A stretch of DNA of 64,000 nt. Origin: Chloroflexota bacterium. Lineage in GTDB: Bacteria; Chloroflexota; UBA11872; VXOZ01. Position numbers and translations under genes: made by a program. The notes under the pieces were generated by a model. The model was not told the origin of the DNA. It made no database searches and saw nothing but the letters and a program-made list of their open reading frames with translations. Location: positions 3,104,001-3,168,000 of the forward strand of contig OZ244922.1 in the NCBI GenBank assembly GCA_965221905.1, given 5' to 3'. Shown in pieces: positions 10,003 to 21,039 of this stretch. Numbering within the stretch: position 1 is the stretch's first letter; each line of letters starts with the position of its first letter.

Positions 10003-11178
10003 CTATGCCGCGGCAGCTTTGCGCATACTGGCGAGCACCGCCGCCGCCGCGCGTTCCCACGAGAACTGCGTTGACCGCGCGAGCGCGCGGGCGCCAAGTT
10101 GCTCCCGCAGCGCCGGATCTTCCCCCAGTTGCAGCAGCGCCTCGGCAATAGCTTCCACATTTAGCGGATCTACCAGCAATCCTGCATCGCCGATTACTTC
10201 CGGCAGCCCGCCGCTGTCGCCTCCCAACACCGGCACGCCGCATGCCATGGCCTCGAGCGCGGGGATTCCAAATCCCTCGCGGATAGACGGTATTGCGAAG
10301 AAATCAGCGCCATTCATCAGCACTGGCACGTCCGCCATCGGAATGCTGCCGAGAAAGTGCACGTCTTCCGCCAGGCCTAGGGCTTCCACCTGCGCAAAGA
10401 CACTTGCGCTAGACCACCCTTCCTTACCGGCCACCAACAGGGATTGTTGCAGTCCACGCTGCTTTGCCGCATGCCATGCTTGCACCAGCCGCTCAAGGTT
10501 CTTTCGCGGCTGAATGCGGCCTACGAAAAGAGCGTAGGGTCTCCTCACCTGCGGATACTGCTCTTGCAGGCGTTGCCGCGCCTCCTCCCGGTCAACGGGA
10601 TGAAAGCGTTCTGCATCGAATCCATGCTGCGCCACGTCAATGCGATCCGCGGGTAATCCGTAATGCGCCACAATGTCGGCCTTGCACGCATGAGAGACTG
10701 CGACGACACGCGCGGCCCGGCGGATCGCGGTGTCGGTCAAGTGCTCCAAGCGTCGCCGCAACGGCGGCTCGAAAAAGGCGTCGGCATCGGGTAACCGAAA
10801 TGCAATGTCATGAATCAGAAGCACACTCGGACACGGCAGATGACCGGGCAACGGCTCTTGCCCCACTTGAAAATACACGGTCGGCCGCCGTTGCCAAAGC
10901 TCTAGTTGCATCCGAAGCTGATACCACGGTTCTACGTCCAACCGGCGCAAGACCCGGTTGACGCCGGGCAACGGCCGTAGCGCCACTGCCTGACGGCGGG
11001 ATTGCGACTGAAAGAATCCGAACTTCGGCGCACTATCCAGGTAGTAGCAGACCTGCTCGTCCGGATCGAGACTCGCTATGCCCTGCGCGAGCCCCTGCAA
11101 GGCCATTGCATTGCCATCGTAGGCAACTTGGTTGCCGGAACGCACGTTGAACCCAAATGTCGTAGTAGAATTGTCCAC
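10003..11178 (-). CDS. Glycosyltransferase family 4
   Basis: Motifs IHDIAF, FVGRIQPRKN and EGFGIPALEAMACG...LPEVIGD. Confidence 0.93.
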   Translation of the reverse strand: MDNSTTTFGFNVRSGNQVAYDGNAMALQGLAQGIASLDPDEQVCYYLDSAPKFGFFQSQSRRQAVALRPLPGVNRVLRRLDVEPWYQLRMQLELWQRRPTVYFQVGQEPLPGHLPCPSVLLIHDIAFRLPDADAFFEPPLRRRLEHLTDTAIRRAARVVAVSHACKADIVAHYGLPADRIDVAQHGFDAERFHPVDREEARQRLQEQYPQVRRPYALFVGRIQPRKNLERLVQAWHAAKQRGLQQSLLVAGKEGWSSASVFAQVEALGLAEDVHFLGSIPMADVPVLMNGADFFAIPSIREGFGIPALEAMACGVPVLGGDSGGLPEVIGDAGLLVDPLNVEAIAEALLQLGEDPALREQLGARALARSTQFSWERAAAAVLASMRKAAAA

Positions 11179-11273
11179 CGGGAGAATTGTGTTTGTAACG
11201 ACCCTAACCTACAGAAAGTCCAGCTACTGCTTCTGCTGCTCGCCGGAGAAGCCTTGCTCATTGAAAGTCTCGC

Positions 11274-12428
11274 TCAGTTGGCGACAGTCGACCGCCGCGG
11301 TCCCAGCCAGTCACGGTAGAGTGCCACTTGCGACTGAGCAAGTTTCTCGGCATCCCAGCGTTCGGCCACTACTTGCCTTGCCGTTTGACCCAGCGCCGAT
11401 CCATACTCCGCATCAGTGAGAACGCGCGTTAGCGCGCTTGCAAGCGCTTCACTGTCACCTGCCGGCACCAGCAGGCCGGTTACCCCATCTTCAACAATAT
11501 CAAGCAGACCACCAACCGCCGACGCCACAGGCGGCACTCCCGCAGCCATTGCCTCCAATGCTACCAGTCCGAACCCCTCGTCAAACGACGGTACCGCCAG
11601 GACATCACTAGCCGCAATATAGTTAGGCACGTGCGCGAGCGGCACCTGGCCGACAAAGCGACAATACGCGGAAACACCATGTTGCTCCGCGTATTGTTGA
11701 AATTCCGCAGCCTTTGGGCCACCCCCAATAATCAGCACACACAAATCCGGCACCGTTCGCAAGACTTCACTCACGGCCTGTAGGAGAATGCAATGGCCCT
11801 TGCGCTCGTCAATGAGATTTCCCACTATGCTGACAACCGACGTAGTTGCCTCAATCCCTAGGGCGGCTTTGGCCACCCTCTTATCCGGGGCACAACCAAA
11901 GGCCGCGCGATCGACGCCCAAGTGTAATACGGATACACGCGATGGCGCGATACCAAAGTTCTCCTCTAAGTATTGCGCACTGTAGTCGGTGACTGCGAGA
12001 AACCGATGCACCACACGCTGCATCAGCTTGCGCCCAAGTCGCTGCTTCCACGTCCAATGCTCTGGCCGGATTGCCATCGGGAGATGCTCATGGGCCACCA
12101 CCAAGGGTATCCCAGCCCACCTCGCGCCGATTGCAGGCCACATTCCGGTAGTAGGATCGGGTAAGTGAACATGCGCCACGTCGAAGTGCCTCGCCCGGAG
12201 TGCCTGCAGATACGCCCACCAGCCGCCGAGACGACGTTGGAACTTCAGATCTAAGGGCATCACTGCCACACCGGCTTGCTCTAGAGCCAGCACTTCCTGG
12301 TCGAGTGAATGCCGACGCGGCAACACGAGAGTCACCTCTTCCCACTGTTGTTGGAGCCGCGCGAGCGTTATAGCTGCCGTAGCCGCTCCGCCGTGCATCC
12401 CGGTGGCGAGAAGATGGAGAATTCGCAT
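11274..12428 (-). CDS. Glycosyltransferase family 4
   Basis: Start MRILHLL...GGA, then ERKG and EGFGLVALEAMAAG...GVTGLLVP. Confidence 0.93.
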   Translation of the reverse strand: MRILHLLATGMHGGAATAAITLARLQQQWEEVTLVLPRRHSLDQEVLALEQAGVAVMPLDLKFQRRLGGWWAYLQALRARHFDVAHVHLPDPTTGMWPAIGARWAGIPLVVAHEHLPMAIRPEHWTWKQRLGRKLMQRVVHRFLAVTDYSAQYLEENFGIAPSRVSVLHLGVDRAAFGCAPDKRVAKAALGIEATTSVVSIVGNLIDERKGHCILLQAVSEVLRTVPDLCVLIIGGGPKAAEFQQYAEQHGVSAYCRFVGQVPLAHVPNYIAASDVLAVPSFDEGFGLVALEAMAAGVPPVASAVGGLLDIVEDGVTGLLVPAGDSEALASALTRVLTDAEYGSALGQTARQVVAERWDAEKLAQSQVALYRDWLGPRRSTVAN

Positions 12429-12629
12429 ACGTTTCTTGCCCTCGTGAGCGAGAGAGGAAGGCGCGTTTTCTATCCGCTTGAGCCCGGCGACCTCTTTGGG
12501 GATCAACCTATCCGGGCCCCGACAGATGACAGGCGTTCACCCTCTATAGTAACGCACCCTCGCCCAGCCTGAACGGTGCAGACACTGCCGCACGGTGGGG
12601 CGCGAGCCCACCACTTCCTAGGGATACCC

Positions 12630-13769
12630 TCACTCTCGCAGGGCTTGATAGATGCGGTGTGTCCGTTCTGCGATGGTTTGATTGCTGAAGTGTGCTCGTG
12701 CGCGCTCCCATCCTGCTTTGGCAAGTGACTGGCGTCTTTCCGGTTCCAATCGCAATGCTTCTAATGCCGATGTGAGCGCATCGTGGTCTCGCTCCGGGAA
12801 TACAAGACCCGCATCACCAATCACTTCCGGGATGGCGCCGGAGGACGAGCCGATCACGGGTATGCCACAGGCCATGGCTTCGATAAGTACCCGGCCGAAT
12901 TGCTCCTTCCATCCCTTGTGCGTCTCCGATGCAAGTACAAAGGCATCGAGTACCCCATAATACCGTGGCAGTACTTCCGGTGGGACACGGTCCACCCAAC
13001 GAATCCGTTCGCTGATGCCGAGATGCGCAGCATAGTTAGGTAATTCACTGCGCAAAGGCCCGGCACCCACCATAAGCAGGCTCCAGGAGGCTTTCCATGC
13101 AGCGAGCGCGCGAAAGAGTGTATGAAGCCCCTTGCCTTTTTCGAAGCGACCGAAGTAACCCACGACAAAGCCGTCCAGACCCATTTCCCCACGCAGCGCA
13201 GACCGGTCGCCGGACTGAATTGCATTCGGATGAAACCGATCGGTGTCCACGCCCATCTGCGGCAACACGGTGATAGGCCGCCCGTAGCCTTTGCGCTGCA
13301 GGACGTCAGCAGCTTCTGTATTGCCCGCGATAGCGGCGCCTGCTCGCCCGAAATTAAATCGCTCGAACCAACGATACGGACGCGGGTACTCCTTGTAGAT
13401 GTTTTCCCAGGTGAAGAAGACCAATTTCCGCCGCGGCATGAGGGCTTTGAGCAAAGCAGCTTGGAACAATGATATGCTCCACGGCTCCTGCTCGACGTGG
13501 AGAATGTGCGGACGAAAGGCCAGAATGGCGGCGAACAACTCTACCGGATTGTAGAAGAAGCTCCACACATTGTTGCCGTGATGGGTACGCACGGGAAATA
13601 CCCGAAACGTCGCCCCCGGCAACACCTGATACTTCCCCTGGTGCAGTGTTTCCCCCCAGTGCCGGGGCACGACAAGACCCATCTCGACGTCCGGATACGC
13701 ATCGAGCAATTGGATCTTGTGCTGGAAAACCGCCGTGCCGTAAGCATGGCAGATCAGGAGAACACGCAC
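12630..13769 (-). CDS. Glycosyltransferase family 4
   Basis: Motifs EQEPWS, FFTWENI, GRFEKGKG and WKEQFGRVLIEAMACG. Confidence 0.93.
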   Translation of the reverse strand: MRVLLICHAYGTAVFQHKIQLLDAYPDVEMGLVVPRHWGETLHQGKYQVLPGATFRVFPVRTHHGNNVWSFFYNPVELFAAILAFRPHILHVEQEPWSISLFQAALLKALMPRRKLVFFTWENIYKEYPRPYRWFERFNFGRAGAAIAGNTEAADVLQRKGYGRPITVLPQMGVDTDRFHPNAIQSGDRSALRGEMGLDGFVVGYFGRFEKGKGLHTLFRALAAWKASWSLLMVGAGPLRSELPNYAAHLGISERIRWVDRVPPEVLPRYYGVLDAFVLASETHKGWKEQFGRVLIEAMACGIPVIGSSSGAIPEVIGDAGLVFPERDHDALTSALEALRLEPERRQSLAKAGWERARAHFSNQTIAERTHRIYQALRE

Positions 13770-13902
13770 AATCGACTTTCGTTGACTGTAAATTTCAACA
13801 ACTGCGGTCGAGAATCACCGACAATAGCAGGACGGGCAGCCCGCCCAACTCTTCAGATCTCCGGCCCTATTTTACGTGCAGAATTCTGCACACAGCCCGT
13901 TG

Positions 13903-14802
<900 letters not shown>

Positions 14803-14955
14803 TCGCTATTCACTATCAAGGTACACCCAATCGCAGCCGGTCCGCTACCGCCGGGTTTACTGTAGCTTTCCCAGAGCTTTACCAAATGTATCTATTGTTT
14901 CTTCCCTTGCCCTCCGCAGTTCTCTGCCGCCCAATTTACCTGCAAGGATAAGCGA

Positions 14956-16569
14956 TCATATCTGCCGCAAGGTCTGCCGCACCGTGCGCAGCTCAGTCAG
15001 CAGCGCTTTCCCTTCCAGCAGCACGAGCACTGCCAGGTACGTGACGCCCATGAGCACACCATGGGTCGCCAACAACACCACATCTTGCAGCGGCGGCAAT
15101 TGCGTGTGCACTGCTACGGTTACTACGCCTGCCACCACCGCACCAACAAGAGGCGGGCCGTACGTCTGCAAGCTGCTCACGTCCACAAAGCGGCGTAGGA
15201 AATACATCCCCATACCTAATCCAATTATCTGTACCGCCCCGATGGCAATTGCCGCGCCCAGCACACCGAATACCGTTGCTTCTAAGGGAGCGTACACAGA
15301 TTCCATGTGCATAGAACCTATCTCAATTGCGTCACTCCATTCATGGTAGATGGATAATTCCAATGGTGTGCGAATCCATGCGATCAGCCAAGGCGGCAAC
15401 TGCGCAAAGATTGCCGGAGCAGTTATGACAAGCAAAGGCGCGATGATCAGCATCGTAGCCGCCATGGTCACCTGCGTTCGATTTACCAATCTCAGTTCGC
15501 CAACGGCAGTGAGCAGCAGCTTGATGTCGTCAAAAAGGGGCCGCGTAAACATGTAGACGGCAAACAACTGGAAAATCGGTGCAACCGGCAGCCATCTTTC
15601 GCCAATCAGGAAGCGTGTGCCGTACGGAATGATCAAAACCAAGTAAACTGCTAGCGGAAAGGACAATCGCGCCACCGCACGCTGTACGAGACTGAAGGCA
15701 AAAGAGAGTCGCTCTCGTTCGTCCTGGAGCTTTGCGTACACCGGAAAGGCCGTGCCGGAGATAATGTGCGTCACGCGTTGGGTCGGCAAGTCCGCCCAAC
15801 CGTAGGCCCGGCTCATGAAACCCACCGCGGAAAACCCTACAAGACTTCCCACGAGAAAATTGTGGACCTGTTCGACGATTAGCGTAGCAAAACCACTCAC
15901 GACCGACAGCCAGTACGGCCCGAATCGGAAATACCATTTCGCCATGTCCCAATCGAGTTTGATACGGGGACGCAATGGCGCCCAACGCCACGTTGCGGCC
16001 ACCGCCCATATGCGCGTCGGCACACCGCCGAATACCAGCGCCCAAAGTCCCCAGCCCAGAAAGGCGAGCGACAATTGGGATGCGGCAGCTAGCAGATTTC
16101 CCACTATGCCAATTATTGCAACTTTTCCAAAACGCATCTCTTTGTCGAGCAAGCGGCTGCACGTCATGCTGGGGCTGCCTAGCAAGAAAATGACCGCGTT
16201 CGCAAGCACAATCCAGCCGACCGTCGTGTTATGAAAGAACACCAGGATTGGGAAGATTAGGGCGGCAACAAGCACAATCAATGCGGAGATACTAACGTGC
16301 AACACCAGGTGTGTATTCGCAGCCGTCTGGACGTCATCTGCCCGATGTATCAGTGCGCCATCGAACCCATGGTCCTTGAGTCGGGCAATGAGTGAGTAGA
16401 AGAAGTTTGCGAAGACGACAATGCCAAAGTCTTCCGGATCCAGGATGCGCGCCAGAACGATGCCGCTAGCAAACGTAATCGCCAGGATCACATAGCTGGC
16501 AATGCCGAGTTGGAAAGCACCATGGAGTGCACGTCTTCCGATTGACTCCTGGCGAGATTCGGCGGTCAT
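14956..16569 (-). CDS. Wzx/MOP-family polysaccharide flippase
   Basis: Motifs LARILDPEDFG, GWGLWALVFG, VGFMSRAY, FPVYAKLQ and GERWLP, with many TM segments. Confidence 0.9.
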   Translation of the reverse strand: MTAESRQESIGRRALHGAFQLGIASYVILAITFASGIVLARILDPEDFGIVVFANFFYSLIARLKDHGFDGALIHRADDVQTAANTHLVLHVSISALIVLVAALIFPILVFFHNTTVGWIVLANAVIFLLGSPSMTCSRLLDKEMRFGKVAIIGIVGNLLAAASQLSLAFLGWGLWALVFGGVPTRIWAVAATWRWAPLRPRIKLDWDMAKWYFRFGPYWLSVVSGFATLIVEQVHNFLVGSLVGFSAVGFMSRAYGWADLPTQRVTHIISGTAFPVYAKLQDERERLSFAFSLVQRAVARLSFPLAVYLVLIIPYGTRFLIGERWLPVAPIFQLFAVYMFTRPLFDDIKLLLTAVGELRLVNRTQVTMAATMLIIAPLLVITAPAIFAQLPPWLIAWIRTPLELSIYHEWSDAIEIGSMHMESVYAPLEATVFGVLGAAIAIGAVQIIGLGMGMYFLRRFVDVSSLQTYGPPLVGAVVAGVVTVAVHTQLPPLQDVVLLATHGVLMGVTYLAVLVLLEGKALLTELRTVRQTLRQI

Positions 16570-17723
16570 GTGTTGGGTCTCACCTGCTCTGAAGCCACAC
16601 GGATGGGAGCCCGTACACCCAATATCCGTGCGTAGAGCGCGATGAGTTGGTCCACGGTATGCTGCCAGGTCATCTGTTGCGCGCGCGCGCGGCCGCTGGC
16701 ACCCATGCGCTGCACTAAGTTGGCATCGGCGAGCAATCGCCCGATCGCCTCAGCCAATGCTCCGGGGTCATTCTGCGGCACCAGGAAGCCGTTCTCACCG
16801 TTAACGATGACCTCTTCCGCCCCACTATCCCAGGTGCCGATTGCCGGAGTACCGCAGGCGTTCGCCTCCAGGTGCACCAAACCGAATCCCTCGAATTGAT
16901 CGCCGACGGAGAGGGATGGCATCACGAAAGCGGTCGCGCGATGGTACCACGCAACCAACTCCTGCTCGGAGACCTCGCCCAAGAACGTCACGTGCGACTG
17001 GAGACGGAGTTCATCTACAAGGCGCTGCAACCGGGCAAAGTATGCACTGCGCTCCTGCGGTCCAACGATGTAGTAATGCGCACTGGAATATCGCTGCACC
17101 AACGTGGCGAAAGCCTGTAGAGCAAGATGAATCCCCTTGCGTTCCTTGATCATTCCCACGGACAGCAGCACCGGCGCAGCATTCTCCGGCTGCGGACGCA
17201 TCGCTGCAAAGGTATCTAGGTCCACGCCCAGCGGTACAACCTGCGTGTTCTCTAGAGGTATTCGTGCGGTGAGGCGCCGCTCGGTATACGCGCTAATGCA
17301 CGCCACAGCCTGGGCATTTTGAAACGCCCGCCGGTGCAGCCAACCGTGCACGCGCGATCCCAGCGGCTGGATGGCAAACGTGCCCACGGCGGAGAGCACG
17401 TAGGGCTTTCCCCGCGCAGCCGACCACGTTAGCGGCGCATAGGGTTCCGTCAGACAATGAATGAGATCGCACTCGTTGAGCAATCCGCGCGTTCGCACGT
17501 AATTCGACGCAAGGAGTCGCGCAAAGTGACGTGATTCTTCCATATATGAGGTGATTGCATGGTGGTCGCTGTGCGCGGAGAGCTCAGGATACGCGCACCA
17601 CTCCCGTGGCGAGAGAATGCGGCAGTCTATACCAGCCGCCAGGAGACCCTTGATGATCTCGGCCGCATAACGCCCCCAGCCGGTTTGCGGACTGAGCACG
17701 TCGGTGATAAGGCAAACTTTCAT
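16566..17723 (-). CDS. Glycosyltransferase family 4
   Basis: Start MKVCLIT, then SVGMIKERKG and EGFGLVHLEANACG. It overlaps the flippase start by 4 nt. Confidence 0.93.
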   Translation of the reverse strand: MKVCLITDVLSPQTGWGRYAAEIIKGLLAAGIDCRILSPREWCAYPELSAHSDHHAITSYMEESRHFARLLASNYVRTRGLLNECDLIHCLTEPYAPLTWSAARGKPYVLSAVGTFAIQPLGSRVHGWLHRRAFQNAQAVACISAYTERRLTARIPLENTQVVPLGVDLDTFAAMRPQPENAAPVLLSVGMIKERKGIHLALQAFATLVQRYSSAHYYIVGPQERSAYFARLQRLVDELRLQSHVTFLGEVSEQELVAWYHRATAFVMPSLSVGDQFEGFGLVHLEANACGTPAIGTWDSGAEEVIVNGENGFLVPQNDPGALAEAIGRLLADANLVQRMGASGRARAQQMTWQHTVDQLIALYARILGVRAPIRVASEQVRPNT

Positions 17724-17798
17724 GGAATGACCTACCCAAACACCCGCTCTCGTCGGCTTACGGTTGAACGTGCCGCGTACGGGCACCACCTCATTCCA

Positions 17799-18440
17799 TT
17801 ATGGCTTGCGTACACGCGCATGAAAAGACGTTGCATACTGATTGCAGCCGGCAGAGCGCGCAAGCTCCGCGAGTAGCCGGGAAACGGCCTTGACCGGCAG
17901 CAGGACCAACGCCATCGGACTGCGTCGCCGCGCCGCATCCCGAAACCGATGCCAAATGAGGTAGTCCAACACCAGAAAGAAGCCGCCGTTCGGTACCATT
18001 TGCTCTATCGCAAAGTCATGGCCCGCCAGCAAGCGCTCGAATCCCTGGCGCGTCCATCGAACGTAATCCTGGGCGGCGTGGTGCATCTGCAAGAACGGCA
18101 CCGCAACGTAGCCCAAGCCGCCGGGCTTGAGCACGCGCCGGGCTTCGGCCAGAACACGGTCCGGATCGTCCACGTGCTCCAACACACCGACGAGCAGTAC
18201 GCAGTCAACGGAATCATTGGCGAATGGCAGCCTATGCGCATCAGCCCGCACGTCGCGGGCGCGGTCCGATATGTCCAAGCCGACATATGTTACATCGGAT
18301 CCAAAGGGAAATTTAGCCGAAAAGAACCCGCAGCCGACGTCGAGGAGTGTCCCGCGCATCTCTTCCATGCAAATGCGGTTCGCTTCATCCGATCGGCGGT
18401 ATTGGCGGGGTTCGAGGAGGCGCAAGAGTGCACGACGCAT
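17799..18440 (-). CDS. Class I SAM-dependent methyltransferase
   Basis: Motifs LLDVGCG, DAHRLPF, VLEHV, RVLKPGG and VPFL..HH..DY.RWT. Confidence 0.9.
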   Translation of the reverse strand: MRRALLRLLEPRQYRRSDEANRICMEEMRGTLLDVGCGFFSAKFPFGSDVTYVGLDISDRARDVRADAHRLPFANDSVDCVLLVGVLEHVDDPDRVLAEARRVLKPGGLGYVAVPFLQMHHAAQDYVRWTRQGFERLLAGHDFAIEQMVPNGGFFLVLDYLIWHRFRDAARRRSPMALVLLPVKAVSRLLAELARSAGCNQYATSFHARVRKP

Positions 18441-18451
18441 AGTAAGGTTAA

Positions 18452-18490
18452 TATAGCAGTCTGCTATAGCAATCTGCTATGGCAGTTGGC
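18452..18490. repeat. 13-bp tandem repeat x3 in a divergent promoter region
   Basis: Units TATAGCAGTCTGC, TATAGCAATCTGC and TATGGCAGTTGGC, 11 bp upstream of the methyltransferase start. Confidence 0.75.
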
Positions 18491-18523
18491 CGAGGCGGTT
18501 CGCAGACCCGGCCTCACCATTCA

Positions 18524-18552
18524 TTGACATCGTGACGCTTTGCCGCCAGAAT
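18524..18552 (+). promoter_or_regulatory. Sigma70-like promoter for the GMC operon
   Basis: TTGACA-17 bp-CAGAAT. Confidence 0.55.
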
Positions 18553-18737
18553 CAGTGCAAATGCTTGTGCCTATGCTTGGCAAACACAGATTCTTCCGCA
18601 CTTAATCGACAGTATTAGACCGTTCTAGGCCCAGCGCCAGCGGCGCACCACGGAATGTCCTTCACCGGCAGCAGTCCTGTGGAAACCGCCGCGTGCGATT
18701 GGAATACAAACGGCAGCAGCCGCAAAGGAGCGCAGTC

Positions 18738-20354
18738 TTGGCATCTTCACCCGCAGTGGCAGATGTGTTGATCATCGGCGCCGGCGCGTCCGGCGCGGCA
18801 GCAGCCTGGTCGTTAACGTCCGCCGGACTCGACGTGGTCTGCCTGGAGCAAGGAGACTGGGTCGATCCCACTGACTATCCCCATAGTAGCCCCGATTGGG
18901 AACTGCATCGGCAGACTGACTTTGCTAAGGACCCCAACGTGCGGCAGCGACCGGAGGACTACCCACTCAATAACGACGCTACACCCATTACGCCGCTTAT
19001 GTTCAATGCCGTGGGCGGCAGCACCATCCACTGGAGCGGCCACTTTCCGCGCTTTCGACCGTCCGACTTCCGCGTAAGAACACTGGACGGCGTCGCCGAC
19101 GATTGGCCTATTTCGTATTGGGACCTGGCGCCCTACTATGAGGAGAACGACGCGAACATCGGTGTCTCCGGACTCAACGGCGATCCCGGTAGCCCGCCCC
19201 GTACACCCCGACAAACGCCGCCGCTGGGCTTGGATGCCGCTTCCCACACCTACATTCGCGGCTTAGAAAAGCTGGGCTGGCATTGGTGGCCGTCTGATAA
19301 CGCCCTCATCACAACACCATTCGGGGAAGGGCGGCAGGTATGCAACTACTGCGGCCCGTGTGACATGGGCTGTCCGCGCGGCGCTATGTCTAGCGCGCAC
19401 GTGACCTACTGGCCGATCGCGTTGGCGCAAGGGGCGCGCCTGATTGCGCGCGCCCGCGTGCGCGAAATCACGGTAGACCGACGCGGCCGTGCCAACGGCG
19501 CCGTCTATTACACTGCTGACGGCGGCGTCGAGCAGCAACGCGCGCGGGTCGTAGTTGTCGCTTGCAACGGTATTGGCACGCCGCGTCTCCTGCTCAACTC
19601 CGTTTCGAGCCACTTTCCCCACGGCCTGGCCAACTCAAACGGGGTCGTGGGCACGCATCTCATGTTTCATCCCGTAGCGTTCGTCACCGGCATGTTCCCC
19701 GAGCCCGTGCTCGGGCATCAAGGACCGGTCGGCCTGCTGCTTCACTGTCAGGAGTTCTATGAGACCGACATAGAGCGGGGCTTTGTGCGCGGCTTCCAAC
19801 TGCAGCTCTGCCGCGACAGCGGGCCGCTCTCAACTGCTCTCGGCAGTTTCCCTGGAGAAGGAGTGCCATGGGGTGCAGACCACCATCGCGTGCAGCGCCT
19901 GCGCAGCGACCACATGCTAACCGTCGGCCTCATGATTGAAGACCTGCCGGAGGCGCACAATACGGTTGATCTCGATCCCATACTGACAGACGACAACGGC
20001 ATTCCAGCGCCGCGAGTCTCGTATACCGTCAGCGAAAATAGCCGCAAGTCCCTCGACTATGGCATTGTCCGGGCGCGAGAGTTACTGGACGCCGCGGGCG
20101 CCCACACGGTACTGAACCCAACGCTTACACAAGAGGCTGGCTGGCATCTCATGGGCACAGCCCGCATGGGCGATGATCCCCGCAGCTCCGTGGTAGATCG
20201 CCACGGACGCGCCCACGATGTTCCTAACCTTTTCATCGTGGACGGGAGTCTCTTTGCCACGTCCGCTGCCGTGAACCCCACCAGCACCATCCAGGCCCTC
20301 GCGCTCTACGTCTCCCATTGGCTAAAGCAGAATTTCCAGGAGGTCGCTTCATGA
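18738..20354 (+). CDS. GMC family flavoprotein oxidoreductase with an Fe-S Cys motif
   Basis: FAD motif IIGAGASG, plus GGSTIHWSG, CNYCGPCDMGCP, HLMGTARMG and NPTSTIQALA. TTG start at 18738 after an AAGGAG RBS. Confidence 0.93.
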   Translation: MASSPAVADVLIIGAGASGAAAAWSLTSAGLDVVCLEQGDWVDPTDYPHSSPDWELHRQTDFAKDPNVRQRPEDYPLNNDATPITPLMFNAVGGSTIHWSGHFPRFRPSDFRVRTLDGVADDWPISYWDLAPYYEENDANIGVSGLNGDPGSPPRTPRQTPPLGLDAASHTYIRGLEKLGWHWWPSDNALITTPFGEGRQVCNYCGPCDMGCPRGAMSSAHVTYWPIALAQGARLIARARVREITVDRRGRANGAVYYTADGGVEQQRARVVVVACNGIGTPRLLLNSVSSHFPHGLANSNGVVGTHLMFHPVAFVTGMFPEPVLGHQGPVGLLLHCQEFYETDIERGFVRGFQLQLCRDSGPLSTALGSFPGEGVPWGADHHRVQRLRSDHMLTVGLMIEDLPEAHNTVDLDPILTDDNGIPAPRVSYTVSENSRKSLDYGIVRARELLDAAGAHTVLNPTLTQEAGWHLMGTARMGDDPRSSVVDRHGRAHDVPNLFIVDGSLFATSAAVNPTSTIQALALYVSHWLKQNFQEVAS

Positions 20355-20857
20355 CCGAGCAGCAAGAGAACGGCACCATTCTCACCACTGAGCAACTAGC
20401 CCTGCTGGAAGCAATTCAAAACAGGCTGATTCCTGCCCAAGACGGCATGCCGGCTGCAGGCGACGCCGGGTGTCCTATGACGATCGATCGCTTCCTCAGC
20501 GAGCGCCCTGCCCTGCGCCGCTCCGTGATCGCCGCCCTGAATGCTGTCGAGGCCACGTCCGCTAGTGCGGCGTCCGAGGCAACAGCAACGACAATGGCGG
20601 GGTCTACTCACATTGCTTTCTTGTTGCTCACCGATGCGGCGCGCGACGAAGTGCTTAGAGGCGTAGAGGCAGCCCACCCGGAGCTATTCAAAACGCTGCT
20701 AAATCAAACCTACACAGCCTACTATACGAATCCGGCTGTGCTGCTCATCCTTGGCTGGAACCCACCGCAACCGGAGGGCTTTCCCACCCCGCCACCATTT
20801 AACGAGGCACTCCTCGCCAATGTGAAGCAGCGCGGCAAGATCTGGCGGGACGCCTAG
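20351..20857 (+). CDS. Gluconate 2-dehydrogenase subunit 3 family small partner subunit
   Basis: Motifs RLIPAQDGMPAAGDAG and F..L...T..AYYTNP. ATGA overlap with the GMC gene. Confidence 0.8.
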   Translation: MTEQQENGTILTTEQLALLEAIQNRLIPAQDGMPAAGDAGCPMTIDRFLSERPALRRSVIAALNAVEATSASAASEATATTMAGSTHIAFLLLTDAARDEVLRGVEAAHPELFKTLLNQTYTAYYTNPAVLLILGWNPPQPEGFPTPPPFNEALLANVKQRGKIWRDA

Positions 20858-21039
20858 CCGCCAATTCGGCTTGGGAAACCGGTAGGCAGGCGATAAGGAC
20901 GACCGCAAAAGGGCAACTCTCTGAAGCGGCACGTATCTATCCCTATCTTGCCGGCGCAGCCCTTAGCTATCTTCATGCGACGACCGCCTCGCAGGCGGTG
21001 GGTTTGGCGTGCCCTGAAGTGCATTTGCCTACGCCAACA

